Shown here one piece after another: positions 13,763 through 26,674 of a stretch of 64,000 nt of DNA. A program made the position numbers and the translations under genes. Source of the stretch: Phoronis australis (Eukaryota > Animalia > Phoronida); NCBI GenBank assembly GCA_002633005.1, contig NMRA01000102.1, positions 664,345-728,344 of the forward strand. Reading direction: 5' to 3'. Numbering within the stretch: the first letter of the stretch is position 1; the number at the start of each line of letters is the position of its first letter. A model generated the notes under the pieces. It did no database searches and was not told the origin of the DNA. It saw only the letters and a program-made list of their open reading frames with translations.

Positions 13763-14528
13763 TGTAACAGCCAATGATATGATTGGATATGATCATTTGT
13801 TTTTTATAAACCAATCACTAAATAAGTAGAATATTATAATATGAGCTTAAGTCAACAACAAATTTACAGTAGATGCGCTACAGTAGTTGACGCATAAAGA
13901 CTTGCTAGATTGTACAGAGGCAATTGTACAACAGAGCCATCTCGTGGAAGATTCTAGAAGGGATCTTGGCAAGGGCAAGGATTAAGGAACAGGAAGTTAA
14001 CTAAGAGCTTATCACTTGCATCATGGGTAGTAAGATACTACCTGAAGTGTTGCGTCGTCAGCCAGAGATTGTTACCAGCAAGAAGATTCGCAGGTAGAAG
14101 AAATAGCCAGAGGAAATTTTGCATCACCAGTGATCAGCAAGTACGCTGTCACTACACAGTTTGTGTAGTTCGAAGATTTACCAACAGGACGGACATCCAA
14201 CAAGTGGAGAGTCCTAGCTTGGATAGCAGATAAGACATTTGACGATTTTAGTTGACTGATTGAAGTAATCTTTAAAGAGGGCTCTAGCGTAGTTACTCTT
14301 CTTTGTAGTTGATTACTTAATTAACAATATGTTTAACTTGTCTAATTAGGGGTAATCATATAATAATTTAATTACTGGGTTTGATTATTCACTCTCCATC
14401 TACGCACAATCTCAAAGCATAGCTAACTTTTAAAAAAACCGACCGTCAATCGTCTGACAGGGGGTAAAAGTCCCGGGCCCGTATCCTGTAAAGGGGAACG
14501 GCGGCAAAGTAACAAACGGACTGCTACA
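13763..14528 (+). mobile_element. Candidate solo LTR
   Basis: TGTAACAG...CTGCTACA terminal inverted repeat with TG..CA ends; no matching TSD seen. Confidence 0.4.
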
Positions 14529-15316
14529 AATATCATTTTTCAGGAAGTTTGGTCAGTCGGCTACCATTGAGACAAAGCCTCATAACTACACGTAGACATC
14601 GTGAGAGAAGTGCCCTTTCCACATTTGTAAGCCTAACCAAATTATCTTGCTATGTTTCTTAACTAAACGTTGGCTGGTAAAAATAATACAAAAGATGGAA
14701 CAAAAAGCTACAGGGGCAGCAAAAACGGAGGGTGAACACTTTCCTAATCACAGTTTCATGAAAACGTCAAAAGAGTGGGCTTTGTAGGCAAAAGTCTGGC
14801 TAGTTTTGGCCTTGGCCCCGCCGCCGGTGATAACCAACACGGTACATGTACTACCTACATTTACAGAAATTCTGCCAACCCTTGTACACAATGTACGCCG
14901 ATATCCCCATTATTTAAAGCCATTTTCACCCATAAAGATCGGCTTGATCCATTAGTTTAATAAGGCAATTAACACTTATTTCGCAAAGGTGGGATGAAAC
15001 GGCCAAACATCGTTTTGATCAATAATGCTAAGGAAGATATAATGGGTCAAAATGGACATAATGAGTTGTATTGAAGGAGAATTCCTCCCAAGAAAACAAC
15101 CTGTTTTGTATCAATTTAGATCGAGTTGTTCCACTCGATGACAGCAAGTACAGTTCGTTTACCTGACACCTGACGGCAAACGGAGGTGTTGAAATTAACG
15201 AATCAGGTCAGAGGTTCAAACGCAGTCTGTTCACTGAGTAGTTCACAACACGCTTACTGATGAATTCATCGTTTTACAACAATAAATCATCAAAATTAAT
15301 GTAAAACCCTTACATG

Positions 15317-15434
15317 TAGAATATTACTTTCTCAGTCGTTATCCCCCGTATTCTAGAGTCCGAGAGGATTTTGGAGGATTATCGCCCGATTGCCCTAGAT
15401 AAGGGGGTAACGATTAAGAACACGTAATAATCTA
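15317..15434. repeat. Imperfect ~120-bp hairpin (MITE-like) inside the Kolobok copy
   Basis: tagaatattac...tcgttatccccc..ttctag pairs with ctagataagggggtaacga...gtaataatcta. Confidence 0.6.
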
Positions 15435-16109
15435 TTTATACCACACACTGAACGAGAAACATTGCAATGATGCGATCTACCTTTCCCGACTGGCTTCCGC
15501 CGGCTTTGTAACTACTTTCTAAGTCAGATGCCCAGGGTCGCAGGTCGTGACGTTTTAGAAAAGCCGAGCTATTTTTTTCAAATAATGCTTTTACTCAAAA
15601 CCAATTGAAAATTTAAACGAAATGGAAAGCAAGTGAATCTATAAATTTAGGCTTAGCAACTATTATAGCTTACTACACATTTTATCATGCTAAGCTTCGA
15701 CCGAGAAAATACTGTCTGCTAAAGTAGGTTGCCACTGGTAACTGAGTATAATGCTCGAAGGATCCCGTCGACACGATACCCGCATTCAAATTGGAGATCG
15801 GTGATTTAAAAGTGAGAGGAAATGAGTGATTAATTTCACTGAAATAAAACATCGTTTTTATGGAAATTATGCGTCTTATTTCTCATAGTCTGCAAATGTC
15901 GGTACAATGCCCTTTGTTGAACATGCGAATAATGTGCGTGCTGATTCAAGTATTCAACCTTTACGTTCGATGACGTCAGCCTCTGAGTGGTGCAGTGGTA
16001 AAGTCGACGACTCGAATTTCTTGCGGACGGGGTTCTCAAAACATTTGCATTCACAAACACTCCAAAGGCATTAAAAAACTTTATTTAATGTGCCAGTTTT
16101 AGATAAGCA

Positions 16110-16574
16110 TTGGTTAGGGTGAGAATACTTCAGTTTGAAACAGAACGCCCAATAATAAACGTCAACGTGCCAACTCGCAATCCAAACTTAGATGAGTGCT
16201 CATCTGACGAAGACTTCAAAGGCCGGTCGTTAGGTTTAACAGGCTATCAGTTCAAACCGGAATACACTGATCCAGAAATACTAGAAAGGCGACGTGAACG
16301 TGCACAGACATCCGAACTGATGGAAAGTTTCGAAAACTGTTTGAATGACTTGTCATGGTTTCAGTGTGCTAACTGCACGATAATTGAAACGGCTGACGCT
16401 TGCATTTGCTGCCACGAAATTCCGAAAGTGAAACGCATTCTTGGAGAAGCGCAGATGTGTCTCACGGGCCAACCTGATTTTGAACAGCATCTAAACAGAG
16501 GTCCGCTTACGACGTTTTTTAGAGTACCAAACAGAAGCCTGACCAACGAGTCAGTCATAAAGCAGGTTAAATAA
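16110..16574 (+). pseudogene. P2X7 C-terminal-like cysteine-rich (KolX) accessory protein fragment
   Basis: YQFKPEY...WFQCANC.......CICCHEI...CLTGQPDF; probable intron gtcagt...ttttcag at ~16549-16626, then truncated. Confidence 0.8.
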
Positions 16575-16689
16575 AACGATATATGTTCTCAAGCCTTGAA
16601 TTAATTGTATTTGTTTATATTTTCAGGGCCAACTACAATTCTTCATCATCAAAAACTGATCAACAACCGATGCACTTTTCTGTGCCTCC

Positions 16690-17010
16690 TGCCTGCCGAA
16701 CGCAAACACACTAGGCACACATCTGACTTCAGCCTCAGTCTCTTTTTTGCTGCCCCGGCATGAGGTGTTTTAATTAGCCGCCATTCGATCGTCGGTAAAA
16801 TCACTGTCGACGAAATGCAGTCCACAGACACAAAGAGAAGTTTTACGGCCTCATACTTGGTATTAACGGCGTAATTTTCATTCCCCACTACCACGAGCCA
16901 CTCCCGAAGCCTTATTGGCTCTCGAGCAAATCGAAAAAATGATATACTGGAGTTCCTCGCAGGTTCATTGTTCGCACAAGCGGGAACGATACATCACACT
17001 ATAGCGGCAT
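16690..17010 (-). pseudogene. THAP domain remnant (N-terminus of Kolobok transposase)
   Basis: CIVPACAN...SFFRF...LREWL, frameshifted CGLHFVDSDF, KKRLRLKSD.VPSVF. Confidence 0.8.
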
Positions 17011-17462
17011 TCAATCTGCAGAAGAACCACTGACGTTGCTGCGTCGTTTCTCACCTTCCTCACCGCTTAACGTGACACCTCTCGGCGAGGTAAGATCGAC
17101 CTCGTACGAGGAGATGTGGATATGGACAGATTAAGATGGTAAAAAGACTAATTAAGTTGGGTGGCATTATCCTTCAAAACATGCTTTATGTTAAATGTCT
17201 CCAGTTCTCCAGATGTCGCGAGAGTAAAAAATGGGTCTGGTGCTCGTTTAACGACCAGTTTTCACATAATCCTGTTGTAATGCGTCGCATCCAGTGGTGT
17301 GGTGCAAGCCCGTAGTCAGCATTGCGCGGAGTGTGGTTCGAATTTCTAAAGCGGTGGACCTTTTGGTCATATTTGGCCATTTTTTCTGTAGCGGTCTTAG
17401 GCAGCTAAACCCGGCAGAAAGGACATCGGTATACACTATTCCGCGTGTCAACCTCTACCTTA

Positions 17463-18136
17463 GGTCTCTGTCGATACGCGAAATAGTGTCTCGTGGGGTA
17501 TTACTTCATGTACGCCAATCGAGGTACGTTTTGTATTTATCCCATACGCTTCGAATTAATAAGTTTCTTTCATTCTTTCGGCAGATTTTTTAAGTACTCC
17601 ACTCAGACGTTTCATGTGGCGGATCACATCCTATATGTAAGTACTTACGCGTTAGTTTGAGAGTTTTCTCTTATAAAACAGTTTTAAATGTAACGATTTA
17701 CTACTTGAAAAGAGATAAAAAAGATGAAAACAACGGAAACTGTGCATTTAACTCGTAACAACTCCTGAAAATAATTAAATAACAGCAATATTTGATATTG
17801 TCGTTAGCGAGGAATCGGCGCCTGAGTTGCACTTGCATAGGATATGATAGTCAATATTTAGCAATTGAAATCTGAGATAGAACTGTCATACACATATTAC
17901 TGTTGGGACCTGATTGCATGTTGAGTTTCATTTACACTGTTGCAATTGTATTACTTCAAACTCTAAAACTCTAACAGTTTGACGATTGAACCAGCTAACG
18001 ACGTTGAGTGGATATTGACCTACCTTTCGAACATTCCACCTCAGAAGTCACTGTTGAAGTAGTGCGGGTGGTGAATACTGAAAACATTACTACTTGGCCG
18101 TATTGCACTCGACTGATTCAACGCGTATGGGATAAA
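17463..18136 (+). mobile_element. Non-coding repeat family copy 1: ~75-bp segment X plus ~600-bp body bounded by inverted repeats
   Basis: TTTATCCCATACGC at 17536 and GCGTATGGGATAAA ending 18136; homologues at 40161-40868 and 48845-49260. Confidence 0.8.
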
Positions 18137-18161
18137 ATAGTTCCGCCGAGCAGACATTTGC

Positions 18162-18420
18162 AGCCGATTTCATAAAGCTGGTTTAAAGTTAAACCTGGTT
18201 TAAACTGGACTTAGACCGGATTTAAAGATAATCTGCATTTCATGAAGGTGGTTTAACTTTTAGACCAGTGGTTTAGTAAAACCTGGGTTAACTCAAGTCT
18301 AGACCTGGTCTCAGCCAGTTTTCATTTCACGAAAGAGGTACTGTATATATTACTTAAATCTGTATTGAGATCTTAAAACAGGTTTAACTTTAGACTTGGT
18401 CAGAGCCAGGTTTAAGACTA
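18162..18420. mobile_element. Harbinger-like non-autonomous terminus with internal GGTTTAA/TAGACC repeats
   Basis: gccgatttcataaag start followed by many aaacctggtttaa/agaccagg-type motifs; family assignment is by resemblance only. Confidence 0.4.
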
Positions 18421-18483
18421 TTAAATATGGCAGACTTGTACGATACAGGTGCAACTGAATGATGCTGTGGTGTCCATTTACGA

Positions 18484-18855
18484 CGCAGGTTAAGAACGAA
18501 AACGGACTATTTTCAATATTCAGTTTTAGGACGACACAAGATCAAACGTAACTGGGGGAACCAAGAATTTTTAAAGGGGAGGGGGTCGGATTAAAGATTT
18601 TTAAAAGGAGGGCCTGGGTCAACGATTTGAAAATAATGGATTAGATTTCACTAAAATCAAGGAAAAAAGGGGACCGGACTCCTTGAACCCCTGGATCCGC
18701 CTATACGAAGACCACTGAAGGTTGTCCTTTGTATTTTCTCATAATATGGCGGTTCGAGCAGAGCNCGCAGGTTAAGAACGAAAACGGACTATTTTCAATA
18801 TTCAGTTTTAGGTTGTCCTTTGTATTTTCTCATAATATGGCGGTTCGAGCAGAGC
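18484..18855. other. Two haplotype versions joined at a single N, differing by a 191-bp indel
   Basis: 18484-18764 equals 18766-18855 plus 18531-18721, which contains a MITE-like end ...ctggatccgcctat. Confidence 0.75.
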
Positions 18856-21729
18856 CTCATCGTCGCAAGCGCTTTGCATATGACTTAAAAGGGTATCAAA
18901 TGATTATTCTGGTCGAGTTCCATCTCAATTAGTCCCCAATATAAGGTTTCCAGGCAGGGGTCCTGCCCCAGTGGCGGATTTAGAGGGGGCCAATTGGGTC
19001 TTGTGAAATGTCTGTCTTGGAGCATCGACAGAGGACTGCCTGTTGAAGTTATGTGTACTGTATTTAAAGGAATGAAAACGCACACATCACATGCATGTCA
19101 ATCAACCAATCCACACAGCCATAACGTGCACTGGATGAACAACATATTCGACGATCACTTTCAGTTCGAAAATTTAAAAAGCCTGAACATCACTATCTTC
19201 TGGCAACTATCCCAAAAAATCAGGTAACAAACTTATCATTTGCTGTTTTGTTGCTCCATCAATTTTAAGCCATTTACACATTATTTTTGGGACATTTAGT
19301 TCTAGGACCACGATTCTCTATGGTACAGTTGCCACGCGGGTTCAAGTTGGTAGTCAGTCCTTTTGACTGTCAGTTACACAAAGCGTCTTCTAATCGTCGT
19401 CTGCATCTGGTACGCAAACACACAAACACATGGTCACTTGGCGAAGCTGGTCGGGTACGGCCCAAGTGATTACGTAAAGCGCTTGGATTCAGAACCAGAT
19501 TTGAAGTTTTTAACAACTTGGTTATTATTGTAGTTAGTAGTATCAGTAATAACTCAATTTTGTTGATATTGTTGTTCATCTACATGTACATGTATATCCT
19601 ATGCGTAACGCCTGGTGGAGATGGACCTTTTCCGCGGGGATGGGGTTCGATCGAACCCCTCGAACCCCCCTGGCTACGGGCCCGGAAGTGGGGCGCACTA
19701 CACCATTTTTTTCATTTGTAGCGTAATGTCTACGTATAGTAAGCTTGGATATAGTGTGGCGTAGACGTACGTAGAGGCAATACGGCGATCGCCTCAAACA
19801 TCGTCTTGAGACGATGGCAATCGTCAACAGTGGCGACGCAAAGTGTTCTTTTGTGGGCAAACGTTGAAGCAGTGCTATATTCTCGCGGTAAAACTAAATG
19901 CAGTCTTACAGGGATACTTACCGGTATGTAATCGTCTGTTGCGCAGGCATTGCCCGTTATCTTCCGTTTGAAACTTACCTGCTCTCTCATATGGGGTTGC
20001 ATTGGATACAAGCACACGCAGCTTTCTGTGTGCAACAGTTTTAATGCGCGACTTTGTTTGACTACCTTTCCTAGACGTTAAGTCACATTCGACGTTCCGT
20101 TAGTCACACGTTAATAGTTCTTTAAAGTAACTACATGTAGATGTTCCATCGACGGTAGTTTGGACAGATAAAACGTATTTTAAATTTACTAATTGTGTCA
20201 TGAAATAACTCAAATTTGTCATTGTTGTTTACTTATCAGCAAATAATGAGTACATTAATAGGACAAGAAAAATAAGACATGGGTATCATGCTCATATATG
20301 TAAGTTTTGAAGGAGAAATGGCGACAGAGGAGTTTGAGAACCAAGCTTATTCCACATATTTACTGGGGAAGACCAATATATCACATGAGCGACCCCAGAA
20401 TAGTAGTTATCACTATTTAAACCATAACACAACTTTCTCAGTAAAACTAGTGGGAAAATTCTATAGTTCCCAGCTGAAAATCAAATTTAATTGCTTAATC
20501 TACAAGGAAACTAACGCGCTAGCACGTGTGTGTACACTTACAGCAGGCTTAAGCGTACCGAGCAAGCCTATTTTATTCTGGCAAGAATATTCATTGCATC
20601 CCGAGTGCCAAATATCATTGCGTATTTTTTAAATGATGGGGTGGTTTGGAACATCAATTTCATTCTTGGTTTTAGTTGATAAGTTCGTGTATAGGCGCAT
20701 GCATCTAATTCCGAATACAGACGTGGCTTCGATACGCTCAAACGCGGTAAAATGTAAAAAGACATGGAATATCGGCAATTGCATTTTGTGAGAAATGGAA
20801 ATATTAATTTTTTTAGAAAAATGCCTGTGGGGGAAGCTGTCATTACAAAGTTACATTTTTACATTTTTGATAATTCAGTGATGCCACATACTTCTGCAAG
20901 ACTAGAAAAAAGATTCAATTCTTTAGTAATCAGGTATTTCGATGTAGGATATATACCAAGCTTCAGCGAGTAGCGAATCCAGAAATTCGAGTTGTGGAAA
21001 TGGTTAAGGTAGGTGTATACACTGATCAAATCTCCAGGTTCCTAACTAAAATGAGTAAAAAGGGAGTTTTAACTAGTTAGACATGACACTGAAAGTGACA
21101 AAAATCGAAAAAAAAATTTTTTTAGTTCGTTTTTTTAAAAAATCGTATTTTTTAATTTTCAAAAAATCCAATTTTACCTCGATTTTTTTTCAAAATGCAC
21201 AGGGATCATCATCAACTGTTTCCTTACGCAATATTCTACTTATCCATACCAAATATATGTACAAAATCATTATGATCTTGATTTTGTGTCTTTTTTTGTG
21301 CGTGAGTAGGGGCAAGCACGCCACTTTTTGTCATTTGGTCACTTTCCGTCTAATAACTAAAAATCTGGTCCATTTATCAAAAAACCCTGGCAAACGATTT
21401 TACTTCAGTCCTAGAGGATTTCAAATTTGCAACTTTCGTAAAAATTGACGCACGTGTTGTGGAAAACTGTGCCCGAGAATCTTGTCACTAACCTGAAATC
21501 ACGAGCCGAGAAAAACGGCTGTGAAGTTAAGCGGTCATCGATTGCCACTTGAGATCAAATTTCGTTCAGAATGCGTGGTCATCATGTTCCAATTTTTGTT
21601 GAAGTACTAGAAATAAAGCTGGTATTTACTTCATATTTATAAAATGTGACATACCTGTTTGTTTACAGCGTAATTTTAATCATTTTTTCGAACTTGTGAA
21701 GCACGACAGACTACCACAACAAATATGGC

Positions 21730-22652
21730 TGTCACGAGGGCGGAGCTTAGCGTTGATCTATTGTCTGCTGAATTGATGTGCCAACCACACATTAAAACCA
21801 TGTGTTGATTCTTTANNNNNNNNNNNNNNNNNNNNNNNNNNNNNNNNNNNNNNNNNNNNNNNNNNNNNNNNNNNNNNNNNNNNNNNNNNNNNNNNNNNNN
21901 NNNNNNNNNNNNNNNNNNNNNNNNNNNNNNNNNNNNNNNNNNNNNNNNNNNNNNNNNNNNNNNNNNNNNNNNNNNNNNNNNNNNNNNNNNNNNNNNNNNN
22001 NNNNNNNNNNNNNNNNNNNNNNNNNNNNNNNNNNNNNNNNNNNNNNNNNNNNNNNNNNNNNNNNNNNNNNNNNNNNNNNNNNNNNNNNNNNNNNNNNNNN
22101 NNNNNNNNNNNNNNNNNNNNNNNNNNNNNNNNNNNNNNNNNNNNNNNNNNNNNNNNNNNNNNNNNNNNNNNNNNNNNNNNNNNNNNNNNNNNNNNNNNNN
22201 NNNNNNNNNNNNNNNNNNNNNNNNNNNNNNNNNNNNNNNNNNNNNNNNNNNNNNNNNNNNNNNNNNNNNNNNNNNNNNNNNNNNNNNNNNNNNNNNNNNN
22301 NNNNNNNNNNNNNNNNNNNNNNNNNNNNNNNNNNNNNNNNNNNNNNNNNNNNNNNNNNNNNNNNNNNNNNNNNNNNNNNNNNNNNNNNNNNNNNNNNNNN
22401 NNNNNNNNNNNNNNNNNNNNNNNNNNNNNNNNNNNNNNNNNNNNNNNNNNNNNNTTTATTCTTGGTCTTGCTACAACACCAATATCAGCTGGTACATCAC
22501 TCTCGATTGCCCGGTTACGCAATGCTTGTTGACAGGGTTAGATTAGAGCTAGTGTCCTTGTATATAAGCTCCGCCCCAGTTGTCAATCACTGAGCTGGTG
22601 AGCACTCCAGCCATATGACTTACTGAGGCTTGGTCAAATATAGCTAAATACA
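21730..22652 (-). mobile_element. LTR-like insertion spanning the assembly gap
   Basis: Minus strand from 22652: TGTATT start, GC box ggggcgg, TATA cttatata, AATAAA at the gap edge; plus-strand tgtcac at 21730 as possible other end. Mostly hidden by Ns. Confidence 0.4.
21816..22454. other. Assembly gap
   Basis: Run of N. Confidence 0.99.
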
Positions 22653-23149
22653 ACTTTGGATTTTCAGAATGATTTTATTTTTCTTCAATATACTGTGCAT
22701 CAAGAATTAAAGATTAGGATGACATAAAAATGTCAAAATTTTTTTGTGTATCCACCTACCTTAATGAAATATGTGAGCGGAGGAGTCGTCACTTTTCAGA
22801 ATACAGCCCTGTTTGTGCTACTGCATGACGGATTTTCGTTTCAGAACCTCGGGTTTTGGATCAATGACCCTTTGAAGCATCGGACTGACCCACAATAAAT
22901 TTTGTTTTTTGTGTGCACCACCATCTCGATGATTTTTTTAGCATGGGCCCATTCAGTTACCAGTGGCTTATTCATATACCCATTACCACTGAACTCCAAA
23001 ATATTACTCATACGGTGGCGCTACCGCAGCGAATGATTTAAAAACTGTTGCAAACAATAACGTATGTAAAACGGCAGTTTAAAGTATTGAAACCAACTGA
23101 ACACAAATAGCTGTTAGAAGCGTCATTGTAAACATGTCTGCTCGCTCAC

Positions 23150-23402
23150 TCAGGCTTACACCAGAATCGTCTTACTTGAGGACAAAAAATTCACTGGAAT
23201 GTGCATTTGACAGAACTTAGATGTCATTTATTTATTGTCTTAATTCTCTACCTATTTTAATTGTATCTTTTTCACGTATATTTAATTGTTGTTTTATTAC
23301 TTCATTGCTTTATATCACTGTTTTTTGTTGTTGAGGGCCCTCTTGGAAAGCAGCGCTATCACTGAAAAGGTCACCCTCATTTTAAATATCACAATAAATA
23401 AA
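23150..23402 (+). mobile_element. 3' tail of an L2/Crack-type LINE
   Basis: T-rich 3' UTR then gagggccc...cag....ctg...ggtcaccctc stem-loop and aataaataaa. Confidence 0.45.
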
Positions 23403-24667
23403 CACGAACCTTTAGCAATGCAATTTGCTCCTGTCCCCACTGGTTACGCGAATGCAATTGCCTCGTAAATCACGGGCGTGAAGACAATGCTCATACTTGT
23501 AAATTACACGTACGCACGTACTCAACTTACATGTGAAATTTACGAGCACCATTGTCATCGGTTAAATGGTTGGTACAATATCTACAAGGTCGTGAGTCCG
23601 ACTCTCTCTCCGAATCTTTGTCGATATACGTGCTTTGTGTGAGCATCTGGAAAAGAACAACTGAAAAGCATCCTGCTTATCTTCCGTAAACCTTATTGCG
23701 TATACACCCCTTTCTTCATCGCCGCCATTTTGATATGTGAAAGGGTCGCTGGGCTTTTTTTCGTGTTCGCAGGAAACTCCCTAACATCACGTACGTGAAG
23801 ATGTGATGATCACAGCAACCAGAAGGACAGGTATGTACACATCCGGTTTCAAGTTTTGACTAGTCACTTGAAGATATAGTAGCGTGAAAATATAGCAAGG
23901 TGAATACATTTCATTACGAGATCAGTAATTACATAAAGATTTTAATTTTCTACGGTGTCGACGAAAGGTACACAGACACTATCCAAAACTGTTTCTAAAA
24001 TCGGCGCAAATGACTTTAATGAAATTCTTTAAGTTTTATGAAAATTCATCTTCCAAACATATTTTATTATTAACCAGCGCGCGCTTTAACTCCGGAAATG
24101 TCCAGAAGAGCGCCCATTGCGAGTGTCGTTTCTGTAAAAACACTAATGGAAAGAACGTCGTTCTGTCGGAAGTAAGTTACTTTGGTAATGACGCCACTTG
24201 ACGCCATATGCAATATATTAGAATGATATTCCATGAACAGTGACAACATGTTTGTCACTTCAGCATCAAGTCACTGAAAGCTTTATAAAATCCGTTTTTA
24301 ATGCAAATTTCTTCTTTTGAAAGGACGCTTTTTCGCCGAGCAAGTTGACATTTAAACCAGGCAATTGATACCAAAACTGAGTGATGTTTTGGAAGACTTC
24401 AGGGGAAATTTCCCATTGATGTTTGCATAAACTTAATGTTTTATGGCCAAAGGCCATGTCCCAAGCTTCTTCGTGTTGACTCGGTGGTGTATCCCCACTC
24501 AGTTGTTTTTTCGATTCAACGAAATCATTGTGGGCTATTCCCGAAGCATTTTTGAAATCTGTCCCTGTTTACACTTCAGTTGCATCAGGAGATAAGTGAA
24601 TATCGAGGACTAAAACAAAATATAGACAAATTGAATCTAATGCTGGAATTTGCTTGCTTGAGTTAGC

Positions 24668-25370
24668 GACGTTGCGTCCGTCTCGCTTACGTCAGCTGGG
24701 CTAGTGATGTTATTGTCATTCTGGGTAATAGGTGGCTTTCAACTAGCTAGACGGCACGGCATTTGGTCAAAACACTATTCAATGAGTGTGACAGATGGAA
24801 CCTTTTAATATACCTAGTTTATTCAGAGGGGGACTCTCGATGCGTTCATAGAGAGATTCATTGACACTCTTTCTGAACCAATCTTTCTCAAAGTCTAGGA
24901 TTTACTGTAGTGACATTTTCAGTATTGACATCATCTTCAGTGGCGCACGAGGTGGCTAAAATAGCCTATCGAGTCCTATGTCCCCGTAACTAGGACGACG
25001 ATGTTGTAACATACGCAGTTTTATGGACTACATGTATTTCTTTTCACATATACATGTATACATGTAGCTCTCTGAGCACTGGGGGTTCTAACACTGAATA
25101 CCATAGACTACCTATGACTTATTACCCTTGGGAGTCTTGTCCTTGGCACTAACCAGTTGGCTGCGGAGAGAATTATATAGATTGTTAAAACGTTCTCTTG
25201 AGGAGGTCAGTCTCTGAAAGAAGGGAATCAACACACGGGTAGGTGGATTAGCAATGGTGGTAGTCTGAGTGTTGACGTTGCTCCTCTCTGATCTTTCAGC
25301 CTTGGTGAACGACCAACGTGGATAACTGCATTTGTAAAGTAGTCTCCTTGATGTAATTCAACTCCTCAAA
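24668..25370 (-). mobile_element. Penelope/Poseidon-type PLE 3' fragment (linker, GIY-YIG, decayed hammerhead motif)
   Basis: Minus-strand remnants EELNYIKE, YPRWSF, RVLIPF, NSLRSQLVSAKDKTPK, VVYGIQC..PQCSESY, RMLQHRR, ILDFEKDWF, ESLYERIESPPLNK; then ctgacgtaagcg...cgcaacgtc. Confidence 0.8.
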
Positions 25371-25537
25371 AAAAGCGAAGGACATTACAGCGTTTTCCTG
25401 TTGCTCCAGACTTGTTCGATTCTAACAACAAGTTGGGAAGAACACCCCTGTAGCCAATTTCTTACATGACTGATTAACACCACTCTGGCAGCTATAGTTG
25501 GGACAGTTCTATTTTGTTCGATGATTGCTCTAAGCTC

Positions 25538-26674
25538 CAGTAAGGTCATTTCTAGCCTGACAGGGCTGTGCTGCTAAATTAAAATTTAAGTTATCACATA
25601 ATTGAAAATAAACCAAAAGCATCCCTGAAATTCTCATGAAATGTGATGTTTAGTTTTTGAATTGCCAAAATCGCCCAGCTACAACCGAAGTTACGACAAT
25701 ATATTATTTCCGAATGTACCAATTCGGTCTAGGTTTGACTGTGTCCACACTTGGTTTGCAATAAGCCTGGCCTGCCTGTTGACATCGGAGGCGGATCCAG
25801 GATTTTGATTTAGTGGGGACCAGGTCAGAGTATTAGTCAGGCTGTTGCCCCTCAGACATTTGCACCCCTGAACTACCAAATGGAATCTGGGAAATTTTAG
25901 GGGGGGTCATGGCCCTCTTGGCCACTTCTCTAAATCCGCCACTGGTCATGCCAGACAAAAGACTGTGCTTGTAAGTTAACAAAGAAGCTGGGTGTTATCA
26001 CATGCTCACAACTATCTACGTCTGGTAAAGTCACTTGAGCCAACTAGCTGCGAGGAAAGCGGGAACATTGTTTTTTTTCTATTGCCTCTAGAGCCATAAT
26101 ACGACNCAGTAAGGTCATTTCTAGCCTGACTGGGCAGTGCTGCTAAATTAAAATTTAAGTTATCACATAATTGAAAATAAACCAAAAGCATCCCTGAAAT
26201 CCTCATGAAATGTGATGTTTAGTTTTTGAATTGCCAAAATCGCCCAGCTACAACCGAAGTTACGACAATATATTATTTCCGAATGTACCAATTCGGTCTA
26301 GGTTTGACTGTGTCCACACTTGGTTTGCAATAAGCCTGGCCTGCCTGTTAACATCGGAGGCGGATCCAGGATTTTGATTTAGTGGGGACCAGGTCAGAGT
26401 ATTAGTCAGGCTGTTGCCCCTCAGACATTTGCACCCCTGAACTACCAAATGGAATCTGGGAAATTTTAGGGGGGGTCATGGCCCCCTTGGCCACTTCTCT
26501 AAATCCGCCACTGGTCATGCCAGACAAAAGACTGTGCTTGTAAGTTAACAAAGAAGCTGGGTGTTATCACATGCTCACAACTATCTACGTCTGGTAAAGT
26601 CACTTGAGCCAACTAGCTGCGAGGAAAGCGGGAACATTGTTTTTTTTCGATTGCCTCTAGAGCCATAATACGAC
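25538..26674. other. Near-identical ~568-bp direct duplication across a single N (probable allelic overlap artefact)
   Basis: 25538-26105 repeated from 26107; N at 26106; includes the MITE at 25786-25944 and its copy near 26355-26513. Confidence 0.85.

Larger units (their letters stand above)
15075..17173 (-). mobile_element. Internally deleted Kolobok DNA transposon (THAP remnant and convergent P2X7-like/KolX remnant)
   Basis: TIRs ttga|aggagaattcctccc and gggtggcattatcct|tcaa; the same terminus with TTAA occurs at 28156 and 54946; two convergent coding remnants inside, no DDE core. Confidence 0.8.
21008..22760. mobile_element. Non-autonomous Kolobok-type element with TTAA TSD
   Basis: ttaa|ggtaggtgtatacac ... 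gtgtatccacctacc|ttaa. Confidence 0.75.

Noticed and set aside
16110-16574. Host P2X7 purinoceptor gene
   Set aside because: Only the cysteine-rich module is present, inside Kolobok TIRs and convergent with a THAP remnant; no channel domain.
21758-22593. 254-aa and 263-aa ORFs
   Set aside because: Artefacts of translating the N gap.
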